Counted from the first letter of the stretch, positions 19,485 to 29,625 are shown. The stretch: 64,000 nt of DNA from Candidatus Poribacteria bacterium (GCA_963665235.2 CAXXLX010000001.1:2080001-2144000), one strand, 5' to 3'. Translations and numbers: made by a program. Notes: generated from the letters alone by a model not told the origin.

Positions 19485-20258
19485 ATGAAAAAAATCCTTT
19501 ATATCTTTTCCATTTTCGTTTTATCAGTCTGTGTTGTCCATCCCGTTTTCTCGCAAAACTTAAAGAGCGATGAATTTGATGGAGGCGATCAAGATATTGC
19601 GTCCTTCTGGAAAGTCAACAACGGCGATAAAAGCGAATGGGAATTGAACGATGGAAAACTCACTGTCAAGGCTGGTTTCAACCAAAACCTTTGGGCAAAC
19701 GATGATAGCACTCGGTATTATCAGGTCGTTGACCAGGATGAATTTGACATTGAAACCTCAATGATTGCTGATTACGCGGATGGCTCCATAGTTGCGGGAC
19801 TGATCGTCTATTCCGCAGGAACAAAGGATAGTAGAGGCCGCGATGGTGAATGGGTAACCTTGAAGTTATGGGGCCGTGGGGCAGCCCAAGGCAACAATGC
19901 CGTGCTACAGTATCAACGCCGCGAAAATGATGCCGCAAATCTCGGATACGTCGGCACACAGCCAGGCTACAACCCCGCACAAGGTGTCATTCCGATTGAA
20001 ATGCGCCTCAAACGTCAAGGCAACGACTATGAAGCATGGTTCAAGCCGAACGCAGAAGGCGATTGGGTCTCCGTTAGTAAAGTCACAAGCGAACTCAAAG
20101 AACCGCTTGAAGTCGGTATCTATGCCGGCGTTGCCGATGGCGGGCCTCCGGGCAGACTCTCTGTTACGTTTGACTACTTCCGTGAGGCTTCTACACCAGC
20201 ACCCGTAGACCCGCGGGACCGACTCACTGTCACGTGGGGTGAACTTAAAAATTGGTAA
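19485..20258 (+). CDS. Secreted concanavalin-like (DUF1349-type) protein with WGxLK tail
   Basis: Signal peptide, beta-sandwich pattern (MRLKRQGNDYEAWF, EVGIYAG), tail VDPRDRLTVTWGELK. Confidence 0.72.
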   Translation: MKKILYIFSIFVLSVCVVHPVFSQNLKSDEFDGGDQDIASFWKVNNGDKSEWELNDGKLTVKAGFNQNLWANDDSTRYYQVVDQDEFDIETSMIADYADGSIVAGLIVYSAGTKDSRGRDGEWVTLKLWGRGAAQGNNAVLQYQRRENDAANLGYVGTQPGYNPAQGVIPIEMRLKRQGNDYEAWFKPNAEGDWVSVSKVTSELKEPLEVGIYAGVADGGPPGRLSVTFDYFREASTPAPVDPRDRLTVTWGELKNW

Positions 20259-20282
20259 TCGGGTATCCTATATTTTTAGAAC

Positions 20283-20312
20283 GTAGGTGGCGGCCCTCGG
20301 GCTGCCAACTAC
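20283..20312. repeat. GTAG-type palindrome, REP or terminator
   Basis: GTAGGTGGCGGCCC-TC-GGGCTGCCAACTAC. Confidence 0.55.
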
Positions 20313-20333
20313 CTTCCTAAATGGAGACACATT

Positions 20334-21122
20334 TTGAAACCGATAATTATAGTATTAGTCTTTATGAGTGTAACGATGTTTTTCGGCACGTTTTCTGTAG
20401 AGGGCGCAACCTCACTTGCCGACCCTTTTGATGGAAAAACCTTACAGAACCGGAACTGGAAATGGAAAACTTCTGACGCGAAAGGCGTTGAACCCAAAGA
20501 GTGGGATGTCGGTAAAACCAGAGACGGTTGGTTACACATCACCGGTGAACTCAACCGAAATCTTTGGCCCTCTGATACAACAAATCGCCTCTATCAGGAA
20601 CACAATGATGATTTTGATATAGAAACGCATGTCTATATGGATTACGAAGGCGGCTGCGTTGTTACAGGTTTCGCCGCATATTCCCCTACCACAAAAGACC
20701 GTCAAGGCCGAGATGGTGAATGGGTGACGGTTAAGTTCTGGGGACGAGGCGGCGACGCTATTATCCAATGGCAAAAACGACAGTTCCATGGCGGGGAAGG
20801 ACTGGTAGGACAGGTACCAGGATTTCTAGAACCGGCAGGCGAAATGGATCTCTACATACGCCTTCGCAGAACAGGCAACACCTTTACCGCCTGGTGGAAA
20901 CGTGAAGCCGGTGACGAGTGGATTCAGATTGGTGAAACCCAGCACGACTTTAATGATGACCTTGAAGTCGGAATTTATGCGGGTATCTGTGGCGGCGGCG
21001 GAAAACTCGCTGCACAATACGAATACTTTGAAGACCTCATTACACCGTTTGATGTTTCCCCACGAGCAAAACTGCCAATTGCATGGGGCGACTTGAAACG
21101 AAGGCATGATTTGACCCGCTAA
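20334..21122 (+). CDS. Secreted concanavalin-like protein, tandem paralog of 19485
   Basis: Shared GRDGEWVTxKxWGRG and EVGIYAG. Tail VSPRAKLPIAWGDLK. Confidence 0.72.
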   Translation: MKPIIIVLVFMSVTMFFGTFSVEGATSLADPFDGKTLQNRNWKWKTSDAKGVEPKEWDVGKTRDGWLHITGELNRNLWPSDTTNRLYQEHNDDFDIETHVYMDYEGGCVVTGFAAYSPTTKDRQGRDGEWVTVKFWGRGGDAIIQWQKRQFHGGEGLVGQVPGFLEPAGEMDLYIRLRRTGNTFTAWWKREAGDEWIQIGETQHDFNDDLEVGIYAGICGGGGKLAAQYEYFEDLITPFDVSPRAKLPIAWGDLKRRHDLTR

Positions 21123-21201
21123 TGGTCAAAAGTACTTTTGCAAAGCGGTAACTGACAGCACTCCCGGCTGCCAGTTACCCTACCTTTTCGGCTATTTATT
21201 T

Positions 21202-21759
21202 ATGGCGACATTTTACAGAGGTGCGGGGATTGGCACACATTGGCATATCCGAGATTCACGACAGGTAGGGTTTACGGCAAGAGCCCCGCACAATACACCG
21301 ACTACAGAAGCACTAGTAGCCCATATTGCTACAGGGACGGTTAACAGTCCGTATATTTCACTGACATCCTCCTACGCGGTGGCATGGCATTATGCAGTAT
21401 TTAGTGGTAGGAGAGAACCAACATCAGGAGACCCAGCTTACATTTACGAGCTAGAGATTGACGACTCACTTCCACATGGGCTTAATCTGCTAAATCCGGT
21501 CAAAGAAGTTGTGCATATCTTACCGCAACCTTTACGAGGGGTTGTAGACCTGGGATATATGGAACATCTTCTAGCTGGACAAACACCACAGCGACCTGAT
21601 CATATCGAAACTTCTTCACTTCTAACGGCACTTACGTTTGCACAACGGGATGCAGAAGTGCTCGCGCATGGTTACATACCTCCGTTTTGTGTGAAACACC
21701 GTTTTGAAATAGAGTTTTCTCTATCAGATTTACCCCTTGCCGAGGAGAATTTAAAATGA
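21202..21759 (+). CDS. Putative R-S-E clade ADP-ribosyltransferase domain protein
   Basis: FYRG, GF, HI..SPYISLTSS..A..YA, YIYE and DAEVLAHGYIP follow the enterotoxin/pertussis/scabin-type motif order. Confidence 0.68.
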   Translation: MATFYRGAGIGTHWHIRDSRQVGFTARAPHNTPTTEALVAHIATGTVNSPYISLTSSYAVAWHYAVFSGRREPTSGDPAYIYELEIDDSLPHGLNLLNPVKEVVHILPQPLRGVVDLGYMEHLLAGQTPQRPDHIETSSLLTALTFAQRDAEVLAHGYIPPFCVKHRFEIEFSLSDLPLAEENLK

Positions 21760-22346
21760 ACATGTTTAACATTCGTAACGTTGACCTAAATGACGTGTCA
21801 GATGGCAACTTCATTAAGTTCCTTAGGATAGAAATACCTGAGCGGAAGGGTTACGGGCCTATACCCTTTGCTAGAGTTCGCTATGCCTTGAACGGAGATA
21901 GACGTGAAGAAGAAAACGGTTTACCTATCGATCTGGGTAAAGGTATCTTTACGGCTACACTTGAGGATGAGGAACTTGGCGAAATTCCACGGGAAGAACT
22001 AGAAGATACCCTGCAAAAAGCAGCAAAAGAGATTGTTAAAATCGTCCGGAAAGAATTAGATCCGCCTGCTATTCTCAAGTGCATCTTAAAAGATTACGCG
22101 TACCTCGAATATAGTGAAAAGCACTCTAAACCGCCAGATTTTTTAAGGTGCAACGTTATCGATCCAGAAAGTTCACGCCAGGCAGCCGATATTTTCGAAA
22201 TAGCTCGTAGATTAAGGACCGCCACAGGTATAGGTTATGATGTCAATTATGGCGGTCCCTCTAGTGATGGCGATGATTTTGATAAAGTCTGGACAAGTTT
22301 CTCTTTAAGAAAACTCAATTTTGGAGAAAAATCCAGCGAAAATTAA
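21756..22346 (+). CDS. Hypothetical acidic protein, possible antitoxin/immunity partner
   Basis: ATGA overlap with the upstream stop and a GAGGAG RBS. Confidence 0.6.
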   Translation: MNMFNIRNVDLNDVSDGNFIKFLRIEIPERKGYGPIPFARVRYALNGDRREEENGLPIDLGKGIFTATLEDEELGEIPREELEDTLQKAAKEIVKIVRKELDPPAILKCILKDYAYLEYSEKHSKPPDFLRCNVIDPESSRQAADIFEIARRLRTATGIGYDVNYGGPSSDGDDFDKVWTSFSLRKLNFGEKSSEN

Positions 22347-22352
22347 AGGATT

Positions 22353-23243
22353 TTGTCTACCGTGCGATGCGCCTGTCTTCCGCTTCTGATATATCTGCTC
22401 AGCATTTGGGGAGGTTTTGTCACTGCCGAATTGGGCCCGGATGCTGAAAAAGTGTCTGCCACCATAGAATGGATTCGCATTTCGGAAGGCGAATTCCTTA
22501 TGGGCTCAACACCCAACGAAGCAGAAGCCGCTTATACAAACGCAAAATTACGCAGCTCCCTGCTAGAAAAGCATAACTTCGACGCTGAAGTGCCACAACA
22601 CCGCGTCCATCTCGCCGCCTACCAAATCTCGCGTTATGAAATCACGAATGCCCAATACCGCGCCTTCATTGCCGCAACAGACCGCCCCACCCCTCGTGGG
22701 CATCAAGGCGAGGAGACCTGGGCAGATGACACCCTTAACGCAGACGATCAGCCGGTTGTCGGGGTGACCTGGTTTGATGCACAAGCGTTTGCAGAGTGGA
22801 TTGGCGGGAGCTTGCCGACAGAAGCGCAATGGGAACGCGCTGCACGAGGGGCAGATAGGCGGATATATCCCTGGGGCAACGAACCGCCGAAAGCACGGCA
22901 CCATGCCAATTTCGCCAGACGTTACAACCGACCGATGCCTGTTGGACACTTTCCGAAAGGCGCGACACCAGATGGCATCGAAGACCTCGCCGGAAATGTC
23001 TGGGAGTGGTGTCTTGATGAATACGATCCGAGCTTCTATCAACAAAACCGCGAGGATATCAAGCGAAATCCGCTCAACCTCCGTTTTCGCGATGTTTTAC
23101 GCCCGCGCGTCATTCGCGGAGGAGCTTGGGATGTTGGCAGGACATTCCTACGTTCCGGGTTACGGTTTAAATTCTATCCGTTAGATTCAACACACACAAT
23201 TGGGTTTCGGGTAGTGCGCCCGCGTCCAAAAATAGAAAAATAA
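22353..23243 (+). CDS. FGE-sulfatase/SUMF1-domain protein, secreted, lacking catalytic cysteines
   Basis: GEFLMGS, PVVGVTWFDA, LPTEAQWERAARG, DLAGNVWEW, RGGAW, GFRV. Confidence 0.88.
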   Translation: MSTVRCACLPLLIYLLSIWGGFVTAELGPDAEKVSATIEWIRISEGEFLMGSTPNEAEAAYTNAKLRSSLLEKHNFDAEVPQHRVHLAAYQISRYEITNAQYRAFIAATDRPTPRGHQGEETWADDTLNADDQPVVGVTWFDAQAFAEWIGGSLPTEAQWERAARGADRRIYPWGNEPPKARHHANFARRYNRPMPVGHFPKGATPDGIEDLAGNVWEWCLDEYDPSFYQQNREDIKRNPLNLRFRDVLRPRVIRGGAWDVGRTFLRSGLRFKFYPLDSTHTIGFRVVRPRPKIEK

Positions 23244-23263
23244 CCCCTTTTCCGCTATAAACA

Positions 23264-24907
23264 ATGGCTATTCCAACCCTGCGAACCTACTTAATCCTTT
23301 GTCTGCACCTTATATTGCCGATGCTAGCGACTGCCGCCCCCTATTTTCGGGATGTTACGGTTGAGATGGGCCTCGATTTTCGCCATGTTAACGGCTTTTC
23401 CGAAGAACGCCGCCTCGTTGAAACGATGGGCAGCGGCGGCGTACTCTTTGACTTCGATAACGACGGGGACCTAGACCTTTATCTCGTTCAAGGCAATTCC
23501 CTTTCACCTCCAGCGGGCAAAGAAAAATCCCCAAAAAACCGCCTCTATCGCAACGATGCCGGGAGCTTTGTTGACATTACCGAATCAGCAAAAGTCGGGG
23601 ACACCGGGTACGGGCTCGGTGCCGTGGCAGCCGATTACAACGGCGATGGACATAGAGACCTCTATGTGACAAATCTCGGCGCGAATGTGCTTTACCGTAA
23701 TAATGGCGATGGCACATTCACCGATGTAACCGAAAAAGCACAAGTTGGCTGCCCACTGCTGAGTGCCAGTGCCGCCTTTGCTGATATTGACAGAGATGGC
23801 GCACTCGATTTGTACGTTTGCAACTACGTCGAGTACGCGTTGGAGACAGATGTTCCGTGCTACTTCAAAAACGACCTACGCATCTATTGCGGACCGAACG
23901 AATATCACGGTATAGCCGATGTACTTTATCGAAACAACGGAGATGGCACATTCACAGATATTACAAAATCAGCAGGGGTTTATCAACCCACCACGCGTGG
24001 ACTCGGGGTTGTTTTTACAGACATAAACAACGATGGATGGGCCGATATCTACGTCGCCAACGATATGTCCCCCAATACACTTTTCATCAACCAGCAAAAC
24101 GGCACCTTTAAGGAGGAAGGCGTTGCCCGCGGGGTTGCCTATAACGGGGACGGCATTGCAAACGGCTCTATGGGAGTGGATGCTGGCGACTACGACAACG
24201 ACGGCGACATTGACCTGTGGGTGACGAACTTCTCGCTCGAAGCAAACTGTCTCATGCAAAACGACGGCACCGGCTATTTTGACGATGTGACGTTCGATTT
24301 AGGCCTCGCGAAACCTTCATTTTATCCACTCGGTTTTGGCACCCGTTTTATCGATTTTGATAACGATGGATGGCTCGATATACTCGTTGGCAATGGACAT
24401 ATCTGGGATAACGTGGCACAGATTGACGCGAAACTCCAGTATGCGCAGCCTGTGCAGCTGTTCCGTAATCACGCTGGAACATTTACAGAGATGACAACTG
24501 CTGCAGGGTTACACGAAACAGCTTATGTAGTACGCGGCATGCTGTTCGGCGATATTGATACAGATGGGGATGTTGATGTTATTTTGTGTCAATCAAACCG
24601 CCCGGCGGTTATTCTCCGCAACGAGGTTGGCACTACAAATGCGTGGGTGTCGTTGAAATTAGTTGGCGCAGATGGAAATACCGATGCTATCGGGGCACAA
24701 GTTCGGTTAAACGTAGGTGACCTAACGCTCGTACGCGAGGTTATCTGTGGGGCAAGTTATCTGTCCGGAAACGACTTACGGGTCACCTTCGGTTTGGCAA
24801 ATGCCTCGCGTGTAGATAGTCTCCAGATACGCTGGCCTGATGGAACCGTGCAGCAATTAAATGAGGTGCCGATTCGGCAATGTTTAACGTTAGAACGCGG
24901 AAAGTAG
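23264..24907 (+). CDS. CRTAC1/ASPIC-UnbV family FG-GAP repeat protein
   Basis: Repeated DxDxDGxxDLYV and LYRNNGDGTFTD. C-terminal AIGAQV..SYLS..FGL..IRWPDG. Confidence 0.9.
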   Translation: MAIPTLRTYLILCLHLILPMLATAAPYFRDVTVEMGLDFRHVNGFSEERRLVETMGSGGVLFDFDNDGDLDLYLVQGNSLSPPAGKEKSPKNRLYRNDAGSFVDITESAKVGDTGYGLGAVAADYNGDGHRDLYVTNLGANVLYRNNGDGTFTDVTEKAQVGCPLLSASAAFADIDRDGALDLYVCNYVEYALETDVPCYFKNDLRIYCGPNEYHGIADVLYRNNGDGTFTDITKSAGVYQPTTRGLGVVFTDINNDGWADIYVANDMSPNTLFINQQNGTFKEEGVARGVAYNGDGIANGSMGVDAGDYDNDGDIDLWVTNFSLEANCLMQNDGTGYFDDVTFDLGLAKPSFYPLGFGTRFIDFDNDGWLDILVGNGHIWDNVAQIDAKLQYAQPVQLFRNHAGTFTEMTTAAGLHETAYVVRGMLFGDIDTDGDVDVILCQSNRPAVILRNEVGTTNAWVSLKLVGADGNTDAIGAQVRLNVGDLTLVREVICGASYLSGNDLRVTFGLANASRVDSLQIRWPDGTVQQLNEVPIRQCLTLERGK

Positions 24908-25230
24908 AATTTTTGCTTGCATCCTTAGCAGACTTTAAGGCAGCATTAGATGAGGATACCTTCCTATCTGCTGCCACGTTAGACAAGCGATTTAATCAAA
25001 GAAAAAAATCGTATGAGTGGACCTCTGATATGGATCAGGTTGTCGCGCAAAAAAGCATTTTTGTTAACTTGGCTGCTGCCATCAAGAACTGGGTAGACAA
25101 ACAGGCAAGGTTCCCGAGGTTTAAGCGGCGCGGCAAGAAAGAGAGTTTCACAACAAATAATCAATTCGTTGAAGTTCGGGGCAAATATATCAAGTTACCC
25201 AAGATTGGTTGGGTGCGAATGCATCAATCA

Positions 25231-25254
25231 TTAAGAGCGGGCTGTTTGCCCGAA
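25231..25254. repeat. 24-bp micro-element, in frame inside tnpB
   Basis: TTAAGAGCGGGCTGTTTGCCCGAA is identical to 53598-53621. Confidence 0.8.
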
Positions 25255-25963
25255 TACTGTTTCGTAGGCAAAATCATAAAAGTGACCATAAGTCGCACGG
25301 CCCATCGTTGGTTCGTCTCTATAACCGTTGAAGTGGAGGACACCGAAGCAGTTGACACCTCAACGCACCCCATAATCGGTATAGATGTCGGTATCAACAC
25401 GTTGGCGACGTGCAGTGATGGGACACAATATGAGAATCCGAGACCTTTACAGTGCTTAGAACGCAAGTTAGCCCGTGCTCAACGGAAGTTAAGTCGGCAA
25501 GTGCCCTACTCCAAAAACTGGTTCAAACAGAAGTTGAAAGTTGCTAAGTTGCACTATCGGATTGTTTGTATCCGCCGGGATGCGCACCATAAAGCCAGCA
25601 CAGATATTGTCAATCGTGCGTCAGGCATTGTCATTGAGACGCTAAAAGTGTCTAACCTGCTAAAGAATAGGAAACTTGCTAAAGCGTTGAGTGATAGTGC
25701 GTTAGGCGGTTTTCTATCGTTGCTAAAGACGAAAGCCGAGGCGCGCGGTATCCTTGTAACCGAAGCCTCCCAGTTCTTTGCGAGCAGCAAGACTTGCAGC
25801 AGTTGTGGGAAACCTAAGAAAACAGACTTAACACTGTCAGAAAGAACATACCATTGCAGCGAATGTGGTGTGTCAATAGATAGAGACCTGAACGCTGCTA
25901 TAAACTTACGAAACCTCGCGGCAGGGCATGCCGAGAGCCAAAACGCCTGTGGAGTCCAAGTAA

Positions 25964-26239
25964 TACCATTTTTATTAATTATTCTATCATTACCGGTTGT
26001 TAGCAATGAAACGGAGAACGGAAGACCCAAACTGGAAGTTTATGCTACTATAAAGTGCACAAACTGGAAGTTTATGCTACTATAAAGTGCACAAACTGGA
26101 AGTTTATGCTACTATAAAGTGCACAAACTGGAAGTTTATGCTACTATAAAGTGCACAAACTGGAAGTTTATGCTACTATAAGGCACCCAAACTGGAAGTT
26201 TATGGGACAATAAAGAGACATTTTCAATTAGAAATGGTA
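25964..26239. mobile_element. MITE family C copy with expanded REP array, inserted in the tnpB 3' end
   Basis: TACCATTT..AAATGGTA ends and TAA TSD (25961-63, 26240-42). Reverse-complement homolog of 18993-19104. Confidence 0.85.
26028..26215 (+). repeat. Spacer-less tandem array, 6 x 32 bp
   Basis: CAAACTGGAAGTTTATGCTACTATAAAGTGCA at 26028, 26060, 26092, 26124, 26156 and a degenerate copy at 26188. Confidence 0.92.
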
Positions 26240-26321
26240 TAAGCCCTCAATCGGAGGCACGAGAGATGGAAGCAGGAAAAGCCACTTGGAAACAACTCCG
26301 TTTGTTTCCAAGATAAGAGCT

Positions 26322-26357
26322 AAGAATCCCAATGCTTTAGCTTTGGGAGTATGTCAA
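26322..26357 (+). mobile_element. IS605-family right end (3' part of the omega-RNA scaffold)
   Basis: GAATCCCAATGCTTTAGCTTTGGGAGTATGTCAA hairpin ending in TCAA. Confidence 0.8.
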
Positions 26358-26629
26358 CTCACTTAACCCCCCGCGCCACTTACTTGAAAGACCTTAGGTT
26401 CTTCATAGACCTAGTGGTCGCCTGATGGAAAATATACGTTTACACAATATCCGGTGAGTGGAATTACAATATCGCAGTCCCACTTAACGGCGGGCCTCAT
26501 GAAGAAATCTTGGATATAGAAGATGGCAGCACCTATCTTTTCGATTGGGCCCCCTCAGCGTATGCCGTTGAACCCATGAACCGACTGACCACACTCTGGG
26601 GAGCCCTGAAAACAGGTGCCCTAAAATAG
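26358..26629 (+). pseudogene. 3' remnant of a TolB/PD40-like secreted protein, the IS target gene
   Basis: Frameshifted WSPDGKY, then FDWAPSAYAVEPMNRLTTLWGALKTGALK*. Confidence 0.65.
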
Positions 26630-26659
26630 GCAGCATCAAGGACACACACCTAATAGATT

Positions 26660-27016
26660 ATGCAAATTATTGAGGAACGAGAAGTGTGGATACACACACA
26701 CTTCATCGTTGATAGCTTTTACATCACGGCACAGGAACAGCGACAGGTTTCTCTGACGGTTGAGCCTGAACTCTTACTGATGGGGCTCCAGTACGGTCTG
26801 ACGTACAACATCGCTCCTGCCAAACACCGTGCTATCATCGTCTTGGAGTGTATCCCGTTTGACCCGGTTAAAGCGGTAATTAAACAGTTGATTAATGAAG
26901 TTATAGAAGACTTCCCGGTTCGGCACCCGGAGCAACGGAACGTCGTCACCAATATTACCGTCGCGGCTGCGGAAACAGAGGATACGGATATCAGTGCCCA
27001 AGCCCTGGACCCTTAA
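26660..27016 (+). CDS. Hypothetical protein
   Basis: 118-aa ORF filling the gap, convergent with the next gene. Confidence 0.6.
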   Translation: MQIIEEREVWIHTHFIVDSFYITAQEQRQVSLTVEPELLLMGLQYGLTYNIAPAKHRAIIVLECIPFDPVKAVIKQLINEVIEDFPVRHPEQRNVVTNITVAAAETEDTDISAQALDP

Positions 27017-28344
27017 GGACTTGTGTCCCCACGGTGCCATCGGTAATGTTAAAAATTGATGGAAATGTGTCGCGCCATCCATCGTTTGCACCTGGACAAA
27101 ATTGACGTGCGTTGCCTTCAATCGCTGTCACACCCGGTATCCGTGCAGCCAGCCCGGCTGAATGCAGAAAGGATGCCCCCGGACACGTCAAATCTTGCAC
27201 CGCGAGAAACATATCGTATTCGGCAGCCGCGGCCCCCATCAGCAACGCTTGTGACTGCCCCTTGCATGCTTTAAGTGCAACACCGGAATACCCCTGCTCG
27301 CGTGCAAGTAGGAACGTTTCAAAGTCTGTAAGCGATTCGTCAATAACGACCGGTTTTATCTCCGCAGCTTTGTGCATCCGATTTTCAGGGTGTGCCTTCA
27401 GGTCTCGGTCGGTCGGTTGTTCAATGTATGCGAGCCGTTCAAAGGCGTGCCCCTCCCCCTCCTGAATTCGCTTGAGAAATTCCAACAGATATTCCACATC
27501 TTGGCATGTTTCATTGAAGTCGGCGGAGTAGTGCCATGTGCTAACCCCTCGTTTCGCCTGTGTTTCTGCGGTGATTTTGTCAATCGCCAGCACACGTGCC
27601 ACATCCCACGCTAAGTCGTCGCCATTCAGTTTTATTTTAAGATGTGTCAAACCGTCTGCCTCAATCCATTCGGGGAGCGTTTCAGGCAAGCTGTCATTGA
27701 GGCGGTTTGCGATATCAGCTTCTGTGAGCGGGTCAAGCGCGCCGATGAGGTGATAGAGCGGCATACGCTGCTTCGGATGTCGTGAAGTATACCGGTCGAG
27801 GTATTTTCCGCTGAACCGTTCATTCAAAAAATGCGATAAATCTGCTTGAATAAAATCTGTCCCTAATCCGTTATAGCTATTGATGCCGTTTGCCTTCCCG
27901 AACCCGTCGTGAATGGCAGCATCTATTGGGCTTGTCGTAACAACGGTGCAGAGTTTCGGTATTGGCGCGTCAATTTGCATGTGTTGTGCCAATTCGTCAG
28001 CGATTTTTAGAAATTCGGGTTCAAGTGTTTCGGAGAGTTCAAGCGGATGTGCACAAAGGGAGCAATCCTGCGCTGCTGCCGACTGCAAGTTCAGCGAGCT
28101 GTTTCATCGCCGCGAGGCTCTGTTCAAAGGGTGCGTAGCGTGGCGGAAATGCCCAGACATTGCCGAGAGGCATTGAACCGCTCCCTTCCGCCTCCTTCCC
28201 ATCCCGCGTTTGGACCTGCATCCGTACGTTAAAAAGCACACAATGTTCTGTCGGCACCCCGCCAAATTTGAGCGGTGTACGGTATTGGTGTTCCTCAAAG
28301 TCGTAATGAACATCAAGAATGCGAATATCGGTGGGTTTTGACAT
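26991..28344 (-). pseudogene. Enolase-superfamily (mandelate racemase-like) protein split by one frameshift near 28080
   Basis: N-part RTPLKFGG..GSMPLGNVW (28039-28344). C-part HLKIKLNG, DFNE, YIEQP, IDES (26991-28088). May be a sequencing error. Confidence 0.75.
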
Positions 28345-28404
28345 GGTTTCCTCATAGACGTGAGATAGCCCGAAATGAACATAGGTGGGTAAATCTTTTT
28401 GGAA

Positions 28405-28427
28405 AGGCGCGGTTTGAAACCGCGCCT
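28405..28427. repeat. Perfect palindrome, REP-like or terminator
   Basis: AGGCGCGGTTT-G-AAACCGCGCCT. Confidence 0.55.
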
Positions 28428-28455
28428 ATAAACGTGTAACCTGAAAATGTACGCC

Positions 28456-29625
28456 TTACTCAATGCCCAACTTGTCGTTAATTTCCTTCTGATAGCCTTC
28501 CAATTCGCAGTTCTCAATTTCCGCAATTGTTACAGGTCGTCCGAACCATCCGGATTCATAGGCTGCCATGCAGATAGCTTCAGACCGCATGCCTTCCACA
28601 GCGTCCACTTCAGGTTTACCGCCTGTGCGGATTGCGTCAGCGAAGTATTTGAGCTCAATTGCGACCGTATCGCCCATGCCAGCGGGGAAGTAGTATTCCC
28701 GTTCCTCATCGGTGAGGCTGTCCATGAACTCCTTCTGAAGGTCATCATTAGAAATCGGTTCACCGCCGCGCGGTATGAGCCCTCTGCCCCAATCCAGCGC
28801 ACCCTCACTGCCGTAGACGGTATGTTGTCCGAAGCCATGTGCTGGGGCTGAGCCGACCCATGTCCACTGTGCGGTAACGCCTTGTTCGAACTTGATCGTA
28901 GCAATCATAGCGTCTTCAACATCAACTGAGTAGCCGCCTTCACGTGCACCGGGGTTATCGTAGCGGTAAGGTTCGTAGGCTTTGTTGATAGCGTAGACCT
29001 CTTCAGCTTCCAGGCCGAGGATATAACGCATAAGGTCGGTAAAATGCACGCCGCCATCTAGTGCCCATCCGCCGCCTGCATCCATTTTGAAGTTGCGCCA
29101 TCCCCATTTTCCCATAGCTTCGCCGACTTCAATCCAGAAAAACATCCGCGGGTCACCGATGCGTCCCTGTGCAATTACCCAGCTACGCGTACGTTGAATG
29201 CGGGCTAATCGATAGTTTTCGGCGACAGAGATAATTTTATCGTTGCGCTCCGCTGCTTCCATCATCAGTTTGCAGGCACGCATCGTTATACCGAACGGTT
29301 TCTCGATAATGACATGCTTACCCGCTTCAAGTGCCGGCACAGCGAGAATATGATGTGCACTGTGAAGTGCACAGATGTCAACACACTCTAAATCGGGATG
29401 CTTCGCCAGCATCTCGTCGAGGTCCGTATAGACAGCGGGTTTCGTGCCGCCTTGGAATTCGTGTGCCTGATTTGCACGCTGCTCGGCTCGTCCTTTGTCT
29501 ATATCGCATGCCGCGATGATATCGAAATCTCTCAACTCTTTCGACCAGAGTTCGCGGTAACCGTTCATGTGGGCACCGGACATACCGCCACATCCGACTA
29601 ATCCCATTTTAATTCGCTCAGCCAT
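28456..29625 (-). CDS. Gfo/Idh/MocA family oxidoreductase
   Basis: GLVGCGGM, GKHVIIEKP, GGGWALDGGVH. Confidence 0.9.
   Translation of the reverse strand: MAERIKMGLVGCGGMSGAHMNGYRELWSKELRDFDIIAACDIDKGRAEQRANQAHEFQGGTKPAVYTDLDEMLAKHPDLECVDICALHSAHHILAVPALEAGKHVIIEKPFGITMRACKLMMEAAERNDKIISVAENYRLARIQRTRSWVIAQGRIGDPRMFFWIEVGEAMGKWGWRNFKMDAGGGWALDGGVHFTDLMRYILGLEAEEVYAINKAYEPYRYDNPGAREGGYSVDVEDAMIATIKFEQGVTAQWTWVGSAPAHGFGQHTVYGSEGALDWGRGLIPRGGEPISNDDLQKEFMDSLTDEEREYYFPAGMGDTVAIELKYFADAIRTGGKPEVDAVEGMRSEAICMAAYESGWFGRPVTIAEIENCELEGYQKEINDKLGIE

Larger units (their letters stand above)
24880..26316 (+). pseudogene. tnpB: IS200/IS605 TnpB, 5'-truncated, native C-terminus displaced by a MITE (current ORF 24880-26085)
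   Basis: RuvC GIDVG, IETLKV, DRDLNAAINL and Zn finger CSSC..CSEC. Removing the MITE plus one TSD restores ..ACGVQVSPQSEAREMEAGKATWKQLRLFPR* ending at 26316. Confidence 0.88.

Noticed and set aside
22353-23243. Active formylglycine-generating enzyme
   Set aside because: It lacks the cysteines that follow RGGS in true FGE.
25231-25254. 454 adaptor contamination (shares GAGCGGGCTG)
   Set aside because: Only 10 nt match. Copies are diverged and show target duplication. A read-level check is still advisable.
25964-26085. Hydrophobic membrane-anchor tail on TnpB
   Set aside because: It is read-through into the MITE. The native tail is recoverable at 26242-26316.
26028-26215. CRISPR array next to a Cas12-like gene
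   Set aside because: Units are contiguous with no unique spacers, lie inside a MITE whose other copy has one unit, and no cas1/cas2 is present.
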